From Eledone cirrhosa (taxonomy: Eukaryota), in the NCBI GenBank assembly GCA_964016885.1, contig OZ024745.1, positions 15,314,001-15,378,000 on the forward strand: a stretch of 64,000 nt of DNA. The letters are read 5' to 3'. Position numbers and translations under genes: made by a program. Below the pieces are notes generated by a model. It had not been told where the DNA came from. It was given only the letters and a program-made list of their open reading frames with translations, and did not search any database. Below are positions 52,101-64,000 of this stretch, piece by piece; within the stretch, counting starts at the first letter, position 1; each line of letters opens with the position of its first letter.

Positions 52101-54064
52101 CCCATCTGTTTTTACATAACATGCACATAAATCGTAGCGCATATACAAATAGATGTGTGTTTTGGTAGTATGGTAGTACTTCAGGTTTGCGGGGTGGCTC
52201 ATACACGAAACATTAGAATACACAGCACCCCTCCCCTCTCCAATTTTGCATATCAAAGTTAGCTTGGTGCAAGTATTTGAAATTGAAAAGTTTTACATAA
52301 AGGTATTAAATTAAAAAATTTATAACCATCCTGAAACTAAAAAGCTCAGCTGAGGGCACAAATAAATTGCTACTGGCGTCGCTGATGTGTCGCCCACAGC
52401 AGGGGGCTCGGAGAAAATTCTCCCTTTGTTTCCCATTAAATTCGGCCCTGGCTGCGTGCCACCTTAAACAAGCACTGTCTATCATGGCACGTGTTGCGTC
52501 AAGTCTCGCGAGTGAAATTGAGTAGATGTTTAGAAGCCCTTCCAATGGACTGTACCCAAAATTCATAAGTCCATGCTTGATGTATACTTTGTCACACTGA
52601 ATCTCCCTTTGAATTGCGTTAAAGGTACATATGCACTCATGTCTGTGAAATACACATGCGTTAATTTCATGAGTTGGCAGTTTCGTTGATTAAAGTCAAT
52701 TAATATCGTCCCAATCCTGTGGAGCTCTAATTGATACATTTTCTAAGTTGTTATTTAATTAGAAAACATGGAATAATATATTACAGTAGAGTGAGATTAT
52801 ACATTTTGTTGGGCGATGGAAGTACTATCCACTACATAAACATTGAAATAATGCTAGAGTGGTGTTATAAGGTCTCTTAACCAACCAATCTCTCGGTTAT
52901 ATTAAAGAAGGCCCGGCCACTACATTTAAGTATTAAAAAATATTTATACTTATCGCAAAATTGCTGATCTCCTAAGATTTCTAAAGATATACAGAGATAT
53001 CTGAGGGAATTCCAATATATATTCTGTTGTATCAATTTAAAGTGGTGCTTATTTTCTATATTAGTGGACCTCTAGATAACTTGTAAACTGTTATTTCATA
53101 ACGAGAGGGAACTAATCTGTTAAATGCTAAGAATTATGGAATCTAAAATACTTTTTGCTGGCCCTACGTATCTGACATTTTACCGGATGGGTATTTGTGG
53201 AGGGGTGGTGGATGGTTCAATATTCTGTATTTAGAGTCAGCACACAATTTAACTTTATGATATTTATATGTAATGCATGGTTAATGTAATGCTTAAAACG
53301 TTATGTGTGTGTAAAAGAGAGAGGGGGGGAGTGTGTGTGTGTGAGAGAGAGAGAGAGATAGATAGGTTATATTTATATATAAAAGAAACTGAAAATATAT
53401 AAATCTGAAAATATGTTTAGCTGCTGCGGTTTCGTTATGTGTTTATATATATGTATGTATGCATGTATGTATGTATTGTGTATGTGTGTAAAAGGTAAAG
53501 AAAAATAACAAAACAAACGACACAGTACATGGAAGAAATATATTAGTTTAACGCTTGAAATAGCAGTAATATATATATATATTGTCCGGTTATTTGTCTA
53601 TGCAATTGTTTTAAGTATTTCTATAATTTTTTACAGATAGATTTGTGCTTGCTTTAAATACAAAGTGTTACGTCTCTTGATGGTAAACTAAAAATTACCT
53701 CTTATAGAATGTGCTATACGACACCATAGTTAGCTATATTGATGGACGTAGAAATGTATATCGTGTTACAAGCTCTCTTTTGTATCTCTCAAACAGATTT
53801 TACAAAGGTCCATTAGCTCCCTTGATATTATTGCAATTTAAACTAGGCAGTATCTGCAGTTTTGTTAGACAATTATCTACTTTGTTATCCACACATCTGA
53901 CTATCGTGAAACACAAGAGAGTTATAAAGTTGCAATTTGTCAAATAACTCCATCTAACACTATTTCACTATATCGGCTATAAAAAGTAAATTATTAGCAG
54001 TATATTCTGTTTTAAGAGACGTTTCGTCTTTTTTTTTCAATCTACTGAAATATAAAACTGTAGA

Positions 54065-54430
54065 GGAACGTAACTGAGTAGAAATATAACTGAGTAGAAA
54101 CTTACCTGAGTGGGAACATATGTGAGTAGGAATGTAACTGAGTGGGAACATAACTAAGACAAACTATGTTTGGGTGGAAATATAACTGAGTGGGAACCTA
54201 TTTGAGTGGGAACATAACTAAGACAAACTATGTTTGGGTGGAAATATAAATGAGTGGAAACTTATCTGAGTGAGAACCTATTTGGGTGGGAGTGTAACTA
54301 AGTGGGAACATAACTAAGACAAACTATGTTTGGGTGGAAATATAAATGAGTGGCAAACATACTTTATTGAAACGCGACTGGGTGGAAATTCAACTAAGAG
54401 GAAGAGCAAATAGATCGAAAGACAATTGAG
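54065..54430. repeat. ~19-bp minisatellite with higher-order repeat
   Basis: Units like TAACTGAGTGGGAACA; the block GAGTGGGAACATAACTAAGACAAACTATGTTTGGGTGGAAATATAA occurs three times. Confidence 0.85.
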
Positions 54431-55224
54431 TGGAAATTATAGAAATATAACTTTAAAGAAACATAACAGTGGAAACATAATTTACTCTTTTATTCTATAA
54501 CCTGTTCAATCTGACTGGCTGAAGCCATGCTGGGGCACCACCATTAGTATAGAAACTTTACTAAAGTTTCTTAGGAGTGAGAATATACACCCCTGAGCAC
54601 ACCCAAACGATGTGTAATATGTAATACTATTTTGAGTAAAATTAGGGGGAAAATATGCCCATCTCTACTATAGATTATTATTCATTCTTACAAATGAAAC
54701 GTCAACTTTATTATAACAAAAAGGTTTAGCTTCAGTGTTCTCTTCGATATTTCAAAGGCTTAACTCTACAGATGAGATCGAATCAATACTAAAAATTATT
54801 GATCCTACTTTATGCAAACTTCCAATATTCTTCAGATAAAACTTCATGCGAGGATACATGTTCTATATATTTCAAAACTTGTTTATATCTCTAGTGGTGT
54901 TATATTTCATCAAAGTCAGAACAACGAACAGATTTGATACACAGTATAAAACACATTTCTTCATATATTTCTTCATATATTTAGTTGTTTAGACTGAAAC
55001 TTGCAATTAATTGGATTTTTATAGATAAAGATTATTAATATTAATTATCTTCAGGCTGGTTCTGTATCAACAATAATTTAGAATAGGTTCTGATATCGGA
55101 TATACTCTACACCTGAACCAATGTGTGCACGTGTCTGTGTGGTGCATAGTTTCGTATATTCATACAAATACTTATAAATAATTCTAGTCATATTGAATTC
55201 ACAAAACGATTCACATTTACATAT

Positions 55225-55267
55225 ATATATATTCACGCTCATATATTCATATATACATGCTCTCTCC

Positions 55268-55321
<54 letters not shown>

Positions 55322-55356
55322 GGAGAGAGCATGTATATATGAATATATGAGCATGA

Positions 55357-55365
<9 letters not shown>
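55225..55365. repeat. Palindrome centred on (TA)n
   Basis: GCTCATATATTCATATATACATGCTCTCTCCGTG-(TA)n-CACGGAGAGAGCATGTATATATGAATATATGAGC. Confidence 0.9.
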
Positions 55366-55394
<29 letters not shown>

Positions 55395-55412
55395 CACACA
55401 CATATATATATA

Positions 55413-56234
55413 TAAACGGAAAAAATGAAACGAAATTTCATTTCCCCCTCTTAGTACGGCTGTTACTTAAATATAAGTATGTACACGTACATACATATAT
55501 GTATACAGACGTACAGTAGTATGTATATATATATACATACATGCACACATATATATATATGTACGTATGGATTCACCGAACATTTATTACAATGCTCGGT
55601 GTGTTAGTAAACAAACAACCCATATTATGCCGTAGTGTCTAGCAACCATCGCTGCTCGTTTGTTCAACACTGATAAAGGAACGCTGTACTAGTTTCAAGC
55701 CTACTAGCTATCGTCAGCAACGTATACCTTCCTGCCAGATTGTTGAACGTATATACTTACCTTATGCATATTTGTATACATATATGTATGTACGTGTACA
55801 TACTTATATTTAAGTAACAGCCGTACTAAGAGTGGGAAATGAAATTTCGTTTCATTTTTTCCGTTTATCGTTTTCGGTGCACCCGGCCGATTAACCCACT
55901 CGAAATGCAAATTGGGCTGTTCAGCCGTTAATATGCATAAGGTAAGTATATACGTTCAACAATCTGGCAGGAAGGTATACGTTGCTGACGTTAGCTAACA
56001 AGCTTGAAACTAGTACAGCGTTCCTTTGTCAGTGTTGAACAAACGAGCAGCGATGGTTGCTAGACACTACGGCATAATATGGGTTGTTTGTTTACTAACA
56101 CACCGAGCATTGTAATAAATGTTCGGTGAATCCATACGTACATATATATATATGTGTGCATGTATCTATATATATATACATACTACTGTACGTCTGTATA
56201 CATATATGTATGTACGTGTACATACTTATATTTA

Positions 56235-56235
<1 letters not shown>
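55413..56235. mobile_element. Inverted pair of circularly permuted ~422-nt HHR-containing non-coding units (retrozyme-like)
   Basis: Right arm 55773-56235 (plus) begins and ends with the same ~40 nt (period 422). Left arm 55413-55770 (minus) reads through that junction. HHRs at 55681-55723 (minus) and 55979-56021 (plus). Confidence 0.85.
55681..55723 (-). ncRNA. Minimal type I hammerhead ribozyme (intact)
   Basis: ACGTTG-CTGACGA-T-AGC tagtag GCT-T-GAAA-CTAG-TA-CAGCGT; palindromic stem III ACTAGT and GUA triplet. Confidence 0.85.
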
Positions 56236-56272
<37 letters not shown>

Positions 56273-56327
56273 ACCTAATAAACCGCTATTTGTCTGCCTC
56301 TCTGTTTTTGTTCCCGTCCAACTTTTC

Positions 56328-56375
<48 letters not shown>

Positions 56376-56378
<3 letters not shown>

Positions 56379-56548
56379 TCGGTAGAGGGTTGGACGCCAT
56401 GCTTTCTAGCATAGTTACGTCCCTTTACAGTCTGAGTTCAAATCCCGCCGAGGTTAACTTTGCCTTTCATTCTTACGGGGTCGATAAAATAAAGTACCAG
56501 TAATGTACTGTGTAATTGCTGGCCTTGTGCCTAAAGTAGAAACAATTA
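56376..56548 (+). mobile_element. SINE family A
   Basis: Family A core and tail. Confidence 0.85.
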
Positions 56549-57756
56549 TATATATATATATATATTATATATATATATATGTATGTATATATACATGCAT
56601 ATAAGTACTTACATCCATACATATATATGCGTGTGTGTATGTGTCTGTGCACAAATATATATGATATATATATCTTCTGCTGTGCAGATTAACTATTTCT
56701 GTCGGCTACTGCATTACGTTAACAGACTAATTAGTAAATAAACATGGCGTTCACGTTAAATACGCTGTTATTGCTTAGAGGCATCCATATAATGAAGCAA
56801 GCCGGGACTTACTGTTTCGTATTGATCAAAGTTCGTAGAAGGCCGCCGTTAATGTCGGCTGAACGAACAATGGCGATTTGTGTAAATATTTGGATGCTGT
56901 AATAAGAAAAATGTCGGCTTGATTTAATTAAAAGCAGTTATTGCTGTACATATTGAAACTCACTTGTGAAATATAGTTTGCTAAAGGTGAATCAAATCAA
57001 TTTAACTGAATTCAAAGAAGGATATAACCGTATTCTGATATTTGCTGTAGAGTGAACTCTTTTTATAATGAACAAAAAGATTTTCTAAATGTATTAATAG
57101 TGTCTATTTGGTGAGGTTTATGTCTTCAAATTCGGAGAGAATTCAATATTTCAATTCAGTTATTCAGAAAGTGTTTTTATTTATTAATTTTTTGATAATA
57201 AAAATATTTTTATATGAAATACAATTTTCAATTTCCGTTGATATTTTAAATATTTCCAGCATAAACAGTTTCTGCTTGAGGATCGTAATCAATCCGACTC
57301 ATAACCTCTACTTGGGTCATGGAATAAAATGTATAATCAATATTCTTAAAATATCTCCATATTTTTTCTTATATACGCTGCTATTTACTAAAATAAATAT
57401 AGATATGCATGTTTTTAGTATTACGATTCAACAAAAAACTATATATTCAATGTATTTACAGTGTGTGAAAAAATCAGCACGTAACCTGAGGAATATCCTC
57501 ATGATATTTTAAAACTATTTAGTTAGGGAGAGAAGTGTTATAGTCATGATCCCTTTTCAGAGCCTTTCAGACTTATGAGCATTGGGAGGAAAGTATCATC
57601 ACGTTGGAAGCTTGAGCCGAATACTTGAAACAAATTGAACTCCACAAAAGACACAGAAGGTCAGGTGATGGTTTTAAATCAAGTGATAGGCTAAATCTAC
57701 CAATCAAATAAGCCACAACAAGATTTGAGTTCAGAATTCAGAGAGCCGGATTTAAT

Positions 57757-57974
57757 AATGGTTTCTTATATAGGCACAAGGCCAGTAATTTGGGGGGAGG
57801 GGAAGTCGATTAAATCGACCCAGTGCGTGACTGGTACTTTATTTTATCGACCCCGTAATGATGAAAGGCAAAGTTTACCTCGACAGGATTTGAACTCACA
57901 TCATAAAGTGCCGTAACTGTATGCTGCAAAGTATGGCGTCCGACCCTCTACCGATACCGCCAATCCACCGCCCT
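57757..57974 (-). mobile_element. SINE family A with TSD
   Basis: Family A core; AGAGCCGGAT(T/C)TAAT duplicated at 57742 and 57975. Confidence 0.85.
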
Positions 57975-58049
57975 AGAGCCGGATCTAATGATAGAATGTA
58001 TCTCGTCAGATGCTCCAACAATTCCTCCAGTCTTTTGCCCTGGTCAAGT

Positions 58050-58195
58050 GAAAGCGCATGGCTTAGTGGTTAGAGCATTGGGCTTGCAATAGAAAGGTTG
58101 TGAGTTGAATTCTCAGACCGGGTGATGTGTTGTTTCCTTGAGCAAGACACTTTATTTCACATTGCTCCAGTTTACTCAGCTGTAGAAATGAGATG
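58050..58195 (+). mobile_element. tRNA-derived SINE family B
   Basis: GCGCATGGCTTAGTGGTTAGAG...GTGAGTT.AATTC...CCTTGAGCAAGACACTTTATTTCAC. Confidence 0.75.
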
Positions 58196-58476
58196 ATAGG
58201 ACTAAGGTCCCTATCATTAAATCACGCAAGACACCTCTAACGAGATATACGTTGGAGGAGGCCAGCTAAACCTGCATAGGTGGAAGCTGTGTAACACACA
58301 CCTGCTCAAGTACTTTATTTTATCGATCGCAAAAGGATGAAAGACAAAGATGGCCTCGATGAGATGTTAATACAGAGATAGACAGACAACCGCAAAGAAC
58401 AAATACAGCTAGGTATTTAATATAACGCTCTAACAACTCTGCCAATTCACCAGTTGTGTAACTTTACATTGTAATT

Positions 58477-58517
<41 letters not shown>

Positions 58518-58647
58518 GTCGCCTCTCTCTTTCTCCCCTTGCCCCTCACCCTCTCCCTTTATCCCCTCTCTCTCTCTTCCTCACTCTTTTATTTTCTCTA
58601 TTTCGCTCACAAACTCATTTTTCTCTTTACGTCTATCTCTGCCTCTC

Positions 58648-58693
<46 letters not shown>

Positions 58694-59099
58694 AGTATAC
58701 CTGATTCAGGTGTAACTGTGTAACTGGTGTCGCTTAGATGCTTCCTATTTCTGCTTGCTAGTGGCTGCTGTTACCCCACCCTCCACTACCATCACCACCT
58801 CCACATTCACCACTTCTGAAAGCATATGTTTTGCCACGTCTGTGTGTGTTTCTATTTGCTGTATTAAGAAAACAACTGTGGCACATTCTCCTCTGCCACT
58901 TTTGTCACTTTGGCCATGAAAGCTCTCATTAAATATGCGCTTCATTGACTTCTGTTTTACACTGGGTGCTATTGGGACCTACGGTTACCCCACCCTTCCC
59001 ACCAGACAGCTGCTTTCCTCGAAGATAGTGTTCAGTTTCTGCTGCGGTTGAAATCACTGACTCTTATTCGTTGTGACGTTTTTTTATATAGATCGACAA

Positions 59100-59336
59100 G
59101 CTCCCAGACCTCATTCACTTACCAATTGGTGTGAAACTCGTCAAACCGGACCAAGGAAACAATGTTTCCGTTGGTCTTCCCATTGCTGATACAATCTACT
59201 GGTCGCAACTGATGGCAGAAGGAGCAACGTAAAATAAAGTGTCTTGCTCAAGGACATAATGCATTGCGCGGTCTGGGAATTGAACTCATAATATCACGAT
59301 TGTGAATCCAATTCTCTGACCACTAAACCACGCGCT
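59100..59336 (-). mobile_element. tRNA-derived SINE family B
   Basis: Minus strand GCGCGTGGTTTAGTGGTCAGAG...GAGTTCAATTCCCAGACC...CCTTGAGCAAGACAC. Confidence 0.75.
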
Positions 59337-61741
59337 TTTTTAGAGAAATTATCTTCCACTTAATTTAGCAATGGCAATGGTAATAAATGAGCTACAAAGA
59401 CAACCATTAAAAACATTGTCCCTTACGACAAGGTATTCTGATAAAATCAATAATGTGTTGCCGTTTCTATAGTCAGTATGGTGTTTAGGATTGAATATAT
59501 TACAGGGAGATAGATTAAAATAATACGCTGTGTGTATTAACTAGTCTGGATGTGACGAAAGTTTCAAGAACCTTCCCATACCTACGTCCAGATTAAAAGG
59601 GTTGCTATGTTATTTGTTGCCGGAAAATCAATGATGTACTTGTATTCTTTCCCCCCGTAACTCGCAGGGAGTCGTAAGGGCACTGTATTGACATACGGCG
59701 TTTTGAAAACCTGCCGTAGCCCTATATCTGAACACATCAGGTTTCTTCTAGAGAAGGATAGAGAGAGAGTGTGTGAGAGAATGGAGGTGAGAAAGAGATA
59801 TAGAGGAAAAGTCAACCTCAATACTTGACTGGTTCCTTTTTTATCGACCTTGAATGGATGAAAGGTAAAGTTGACTTGGATGTATTTGTATTACTTAACA
59901 ACTAATAATTTCAGTGAATTTCAGATACATTTAAATCTTAGTAAGACTTCATCAACAAAGAGTAAACTTCACCATACTTGCCGAAATAGTAATGAGAACA
60001 TCATTAAATAAATGTTCAATATTATATGTACATTGGTTGGCGTAGATAAATAGGATTTTTTAATGAATAATAGATAAGACAGAAAATAATTTTTCGTGCA
60101 GATGGCGTCTCTGTGCTATTACTTTTCAGAAAATGAGAAAATAATATTAATTATTGACAAATACTAGTTGTTTGTTTTTGTTCTGCCATCGTATAGTTGT
60201 GCCTACGTTGGTTGTCTTCTTTCATTAGCAGAGCAGTTGTTTCGCCAACTTAAATATTATTCATCATGTGTATGGCGTCTCAGAATTATCACATATATCA
60301 ACTTCAAAATGAAATGCATGTTTATCAGATAACAAAACTAGGTTTTCATTTGGAAGAAAAAGACTAAATTTATCGTAAAAATAAGCTTCAAATATTTTCC
60401 TCAGCGATACATAGAACTTATATCTGATGTATCTCGTTGTGTGTATAGGTTTTGTTAGTATACTAGGTTTATATACTAAGTATAAAATGTCTAATTTTGC
60501 AGGTTGTTATTGTCAATGACACATAGATTTATAATTATGCATTCAACAAACTATGTTGCTCTCGTGTGGCTTCAGAGGTGATGACTAAAACTGACTGGAG
60601 ATCTTCTCCCGTACTAAAGGAAATTATATTTACATAATATTTTTGATAATGAACCGGAAAAAAAAAAGAATAATGAAATTAAGGGGATGAAAGAAGATGG
60701 AAAACTCAACAGCTGCATCTCTCGGACAAGATGGAAAAAGTATTGCCACAGAGATCAGCCAGTGGCACCCGTTGAGTCAACCGCTCCACCTCATAGGGTA
60801 CACTGAGGCGGGATACACTCTTCCCAATTTTACAGAACAAAACCGGAGATTCTAGGACGGAAAACACCGGAGTTATCGATGGCAACGCGGTTGCTGAAGT
60901 TCTTAATCTTTTTAGTTTTTGTTCTCCGATATCAGATTCAGTCATATATCAATTTTTCTATGGCTTGTGGTTGCTAGCCCCGCAATCAACCCATTTACAT
61001 TCCTGGAGAAATGAGGGACAATGAGGAGGACCTTTACAACCCTCCTTGCAAACAATAGCTATGAAAATAAAATGTGAACAGTAAAGTATTGTCGGCTTCT
61101 CAAACCTGCTTCTTTACAATCGCATCTGTTTTCAATTTTATAATGATTTCATATGCAAAGATCCACATTTTTACAATTACTTTTTGAAAATACTGTGATA
61201 TCTGCAAAGTTGTTTCCCTTCTAAATATTTAAAGAACAACTACAAGTATTGTTTTAATATCTGGAACAACGATCAGCATAAGTTTATAGCCAGTGTAATC
61301 TAGTTTTTGATAGAACAGGGGGCGTATGGCAAAGAAACGACAATGCCGTCATTATATAGGACTATTTAAGGCTGCCTGCGACTATGCTTGCAACTATGGT
61401 GTTATAAATAAATTGAAATTAATAGAATGGATCGCTGTCGGTTTCGACGATGAGTATTCGAGTTGATCAATCAACAGATCAGCTTATTAGTGAAATGAAG
61501 TTTGAAATAGCTCAGGATTCCATAGACATATAATTAGCAGGGAAATTCAGCAGGAAGTACAGGCAGTCTCTGGTGGATTTTCAAATAGTTTCAATATTGT
61601 GAATCTTAGTCACACGGCTTGGGTCGATACGAGGCTATGGTAAATGACACTTTCCCAAGATGTAACCCGGTGATCAAATGACTGCGAAGAAAATGTCTTA
61701 ATCTTTCGACCGCGCCTTCATCTACTTTTAAAGAAATTAAT

Positions 61742-61927
61742 TGTTTCTACTTTTAGGCACAAGGCCAGCAATTACCCAGTGCATTACTGGTACTTTATTT
61801 TATCGACCACGTAAGAATGAAAGGCAAAGCTAACGTCGGCGGGATTTGAACTCAGATCGTAAAGGGACGTAACTATGCTGGAAAGCATGGCGTCCGACCC
61901 TCTACCGATACTGCCAATCCACCGCCC
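61742..61927 (-). mobile_element. Full-length SINE family A with 16-bp TSD
   Basis: TTTTAAAGAAATTAAT at 61726-61741 and 61928-61943 flanks a complete copy beginning GGGCGGTGGATTGGCAG. Confidence 0.9.
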
Positions 61928-62325
61928 TTTTAAAGAAATTAATGATGTAAAGAACATACAACTATTACAATACCTTTATCTTTACGGAAAGGTGGCGAAT
62001 AGGCTGGGTCGTTTGAACATTGGATAAACTGCTTTGTGGTATTCGTTTCGGCTCTGTACTCACTGTGTTCAAATCCCGCCAAGGTCAATATTTCCTTTCA
62101 TCCATTCGAAGTCGATGAGAACGTACCAGTCATGTACTGGTGTCGGTTCTTCCTCTATATATTTTTTCACTTCCAATCTCCCACTCTTTATTCTTCTCTG
62201 GAAGAAATCTGGTGTGTTCAGATTTAGAGAGAAGATGGACTCCACCAGGGTTTTAAAGAAAGTCTTAGAAACGCCGTATGTCAATACAGCTTCCCTACAA
62301 CTCTCGGGATTTACGGGGCCGTCCA

Positions 62326-62407
<82 letters not shown>

Positions 62408-62416
62408 TGTATATAT

Positions 62417-62523
<107 letters not shown>

Positions 62524-62632
62524 TATATTCTTAGAAAATGTGAATTTTTTTAATTCCCTAGAAACGCCATAGGGCAATACACAGGCCCTACGACTGCTGC
62601 GTATGTATACATGTATATAGACCATCCATCCA

Positions 62633-62758
<126 letters not shown>

Positions 62759-63470
62759 AGAAAAACCACAAACCCTCCATCTCAATTCTACTTTTGAAAC
62801 GCAAAAGAACTGCGAAACCGGTAAAGGAACCAAATAAATATATATATATTTAAAAAAGAAAAAACTCCAGTTGCATTTTCGATTTCATCTTTTTTCCTTA
62901 TACTTTCACTCGTGTAGGACACCTCGTTTTTTTTTTCATTTTGTAAAAAAATCTCACTTTCTAATATATATATATATATTCTTAGAAAATTTAGGTTTAG
63001 AAAATAACGCCGTAGGTCAATACGGGGCTCTACGATTCCCTCAGGAGTTACCAGAACATACATGCAATCTTTATGTAACGTTTCTTCGGTGGTTTTAATC
63101 CCATATAGTAATTGTAAATTCCTATATTTCTTCGACTACATACATAATACTGCTGCCAGCCATTGCAACGTTGATCTGGCATATCTCCATAACCTAAATA
63201 CTCAGTTTATCAAAACTACAATTGCTAATTTGATAATTATCTGCTATATAATACTCTATTTATTTCAAACTTTTCTACGAATAAATAGAAACATGGAAAA
63301 ACATATACACATAATGTTTCTATTTGAGGCCAGTTATATTTTATTTACACAAGATTAATACCTATACTTACTATATTATATTTGGAGAAAACTAAATGTA
63401 TTTAATGTAGAGAAGCGCGAAGTGTTTATGCACGTGTGTATGTATATGTGCATATGTATGTGAAAATGTG

Positions 63471-63552
<82 letters not shown>

Positions 63553-63617
63553 CATATACAGATAGACATGTGCTTCTGTGTGTGCATGAGTGTGTGTGTG
63601 TATGTGTGTGTATGTAT

Positions 63618-63683
<66 letters not shown>

Positions 63684-63885
63684 ACGTTTGCCTTTCTATG
63701 ATAACTGTTTACAGGATTTTCGCAGTCGCTCCATGGTTTCCAATATATTGCAAGTAACGTTAATGAAGCTAAATTATTTTAACAAGGGAGATGTTTTTCG
63801 TTCCTAAATTAAGAGTAAATATACAAAAAAAAAGTAACTCTATTTAAGAGACAAAGAAAATTTAGATTCATATGAAGATTACCAA

Positions 63886-63930
<45 letters not shown>

Positions 63931-64000
63931 TGTGTGTGTATGTCCATTTATATGTATGGGTATATGTTTGTGTTGGCGAGAACGTACATATATATGTATG

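Noticed and set aside
54065-54430. CRISPR-like repeat-spacer array
   Set aside because: Intervening sequences are degenerate copies of the same monomer, the context is eukaryotic and there are no cas genes.
58690-59065. Possible host exon or promoter in a less AT-rich unique stretch (likewise 49455-49590 and 52330-52570)
   Set aside because: No recognisable protein or convincing splice-site pair; part of 52330-52370 recurs inverted at ~32788, indicating a repeat.
60700-60900. Possible ancient RTE-like C-terminal fragment
   Set aside because: Only a faint W-x-P motif resemblance; not supportable without a profile search.

Overview
AT-rich, repeat-saturated eukaryotic DNA, probably intergenic or intronic. 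The SINE families and microsatellite load suggest an octopus/cephalopod genome (recognition from memory, not a database result). No host gene is supported; most of the ORF track is microsatellite translation. The real coding remnants are all retroelements: four RTE-clade LINE 3' fragments with C-terminal C2H2 fingers, four Penelope-like element (PLE; RT + GIY-YIG) remnants of several lineages, and a near full-length L1/Tx1 element with a second truncated Tx1 copy stacked beside it at a (GATA)n site. There are also many tRNA-derived SINEs, mariner- and piggyBac-type MITEs and two minisatellites. The most striking signal is about 20 type I hammerhead ribozyme (HHR) motifs found by eye, from roughly ten sequence families. 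They include core variants (U4A, possible U3-A8), a stem-II-less form and a form with a shared large stem II insertion. A non-coding ~422-nt HHR unit occurs in different circular permutations (retrozyme-like, implying a circular or concatemeric RNA template). These units repeatedly sit at (TA)n tracts, often as inverted fold-back pairs. Repeat coordinates are approximate to within a few bases, and no folding or search programs were run.
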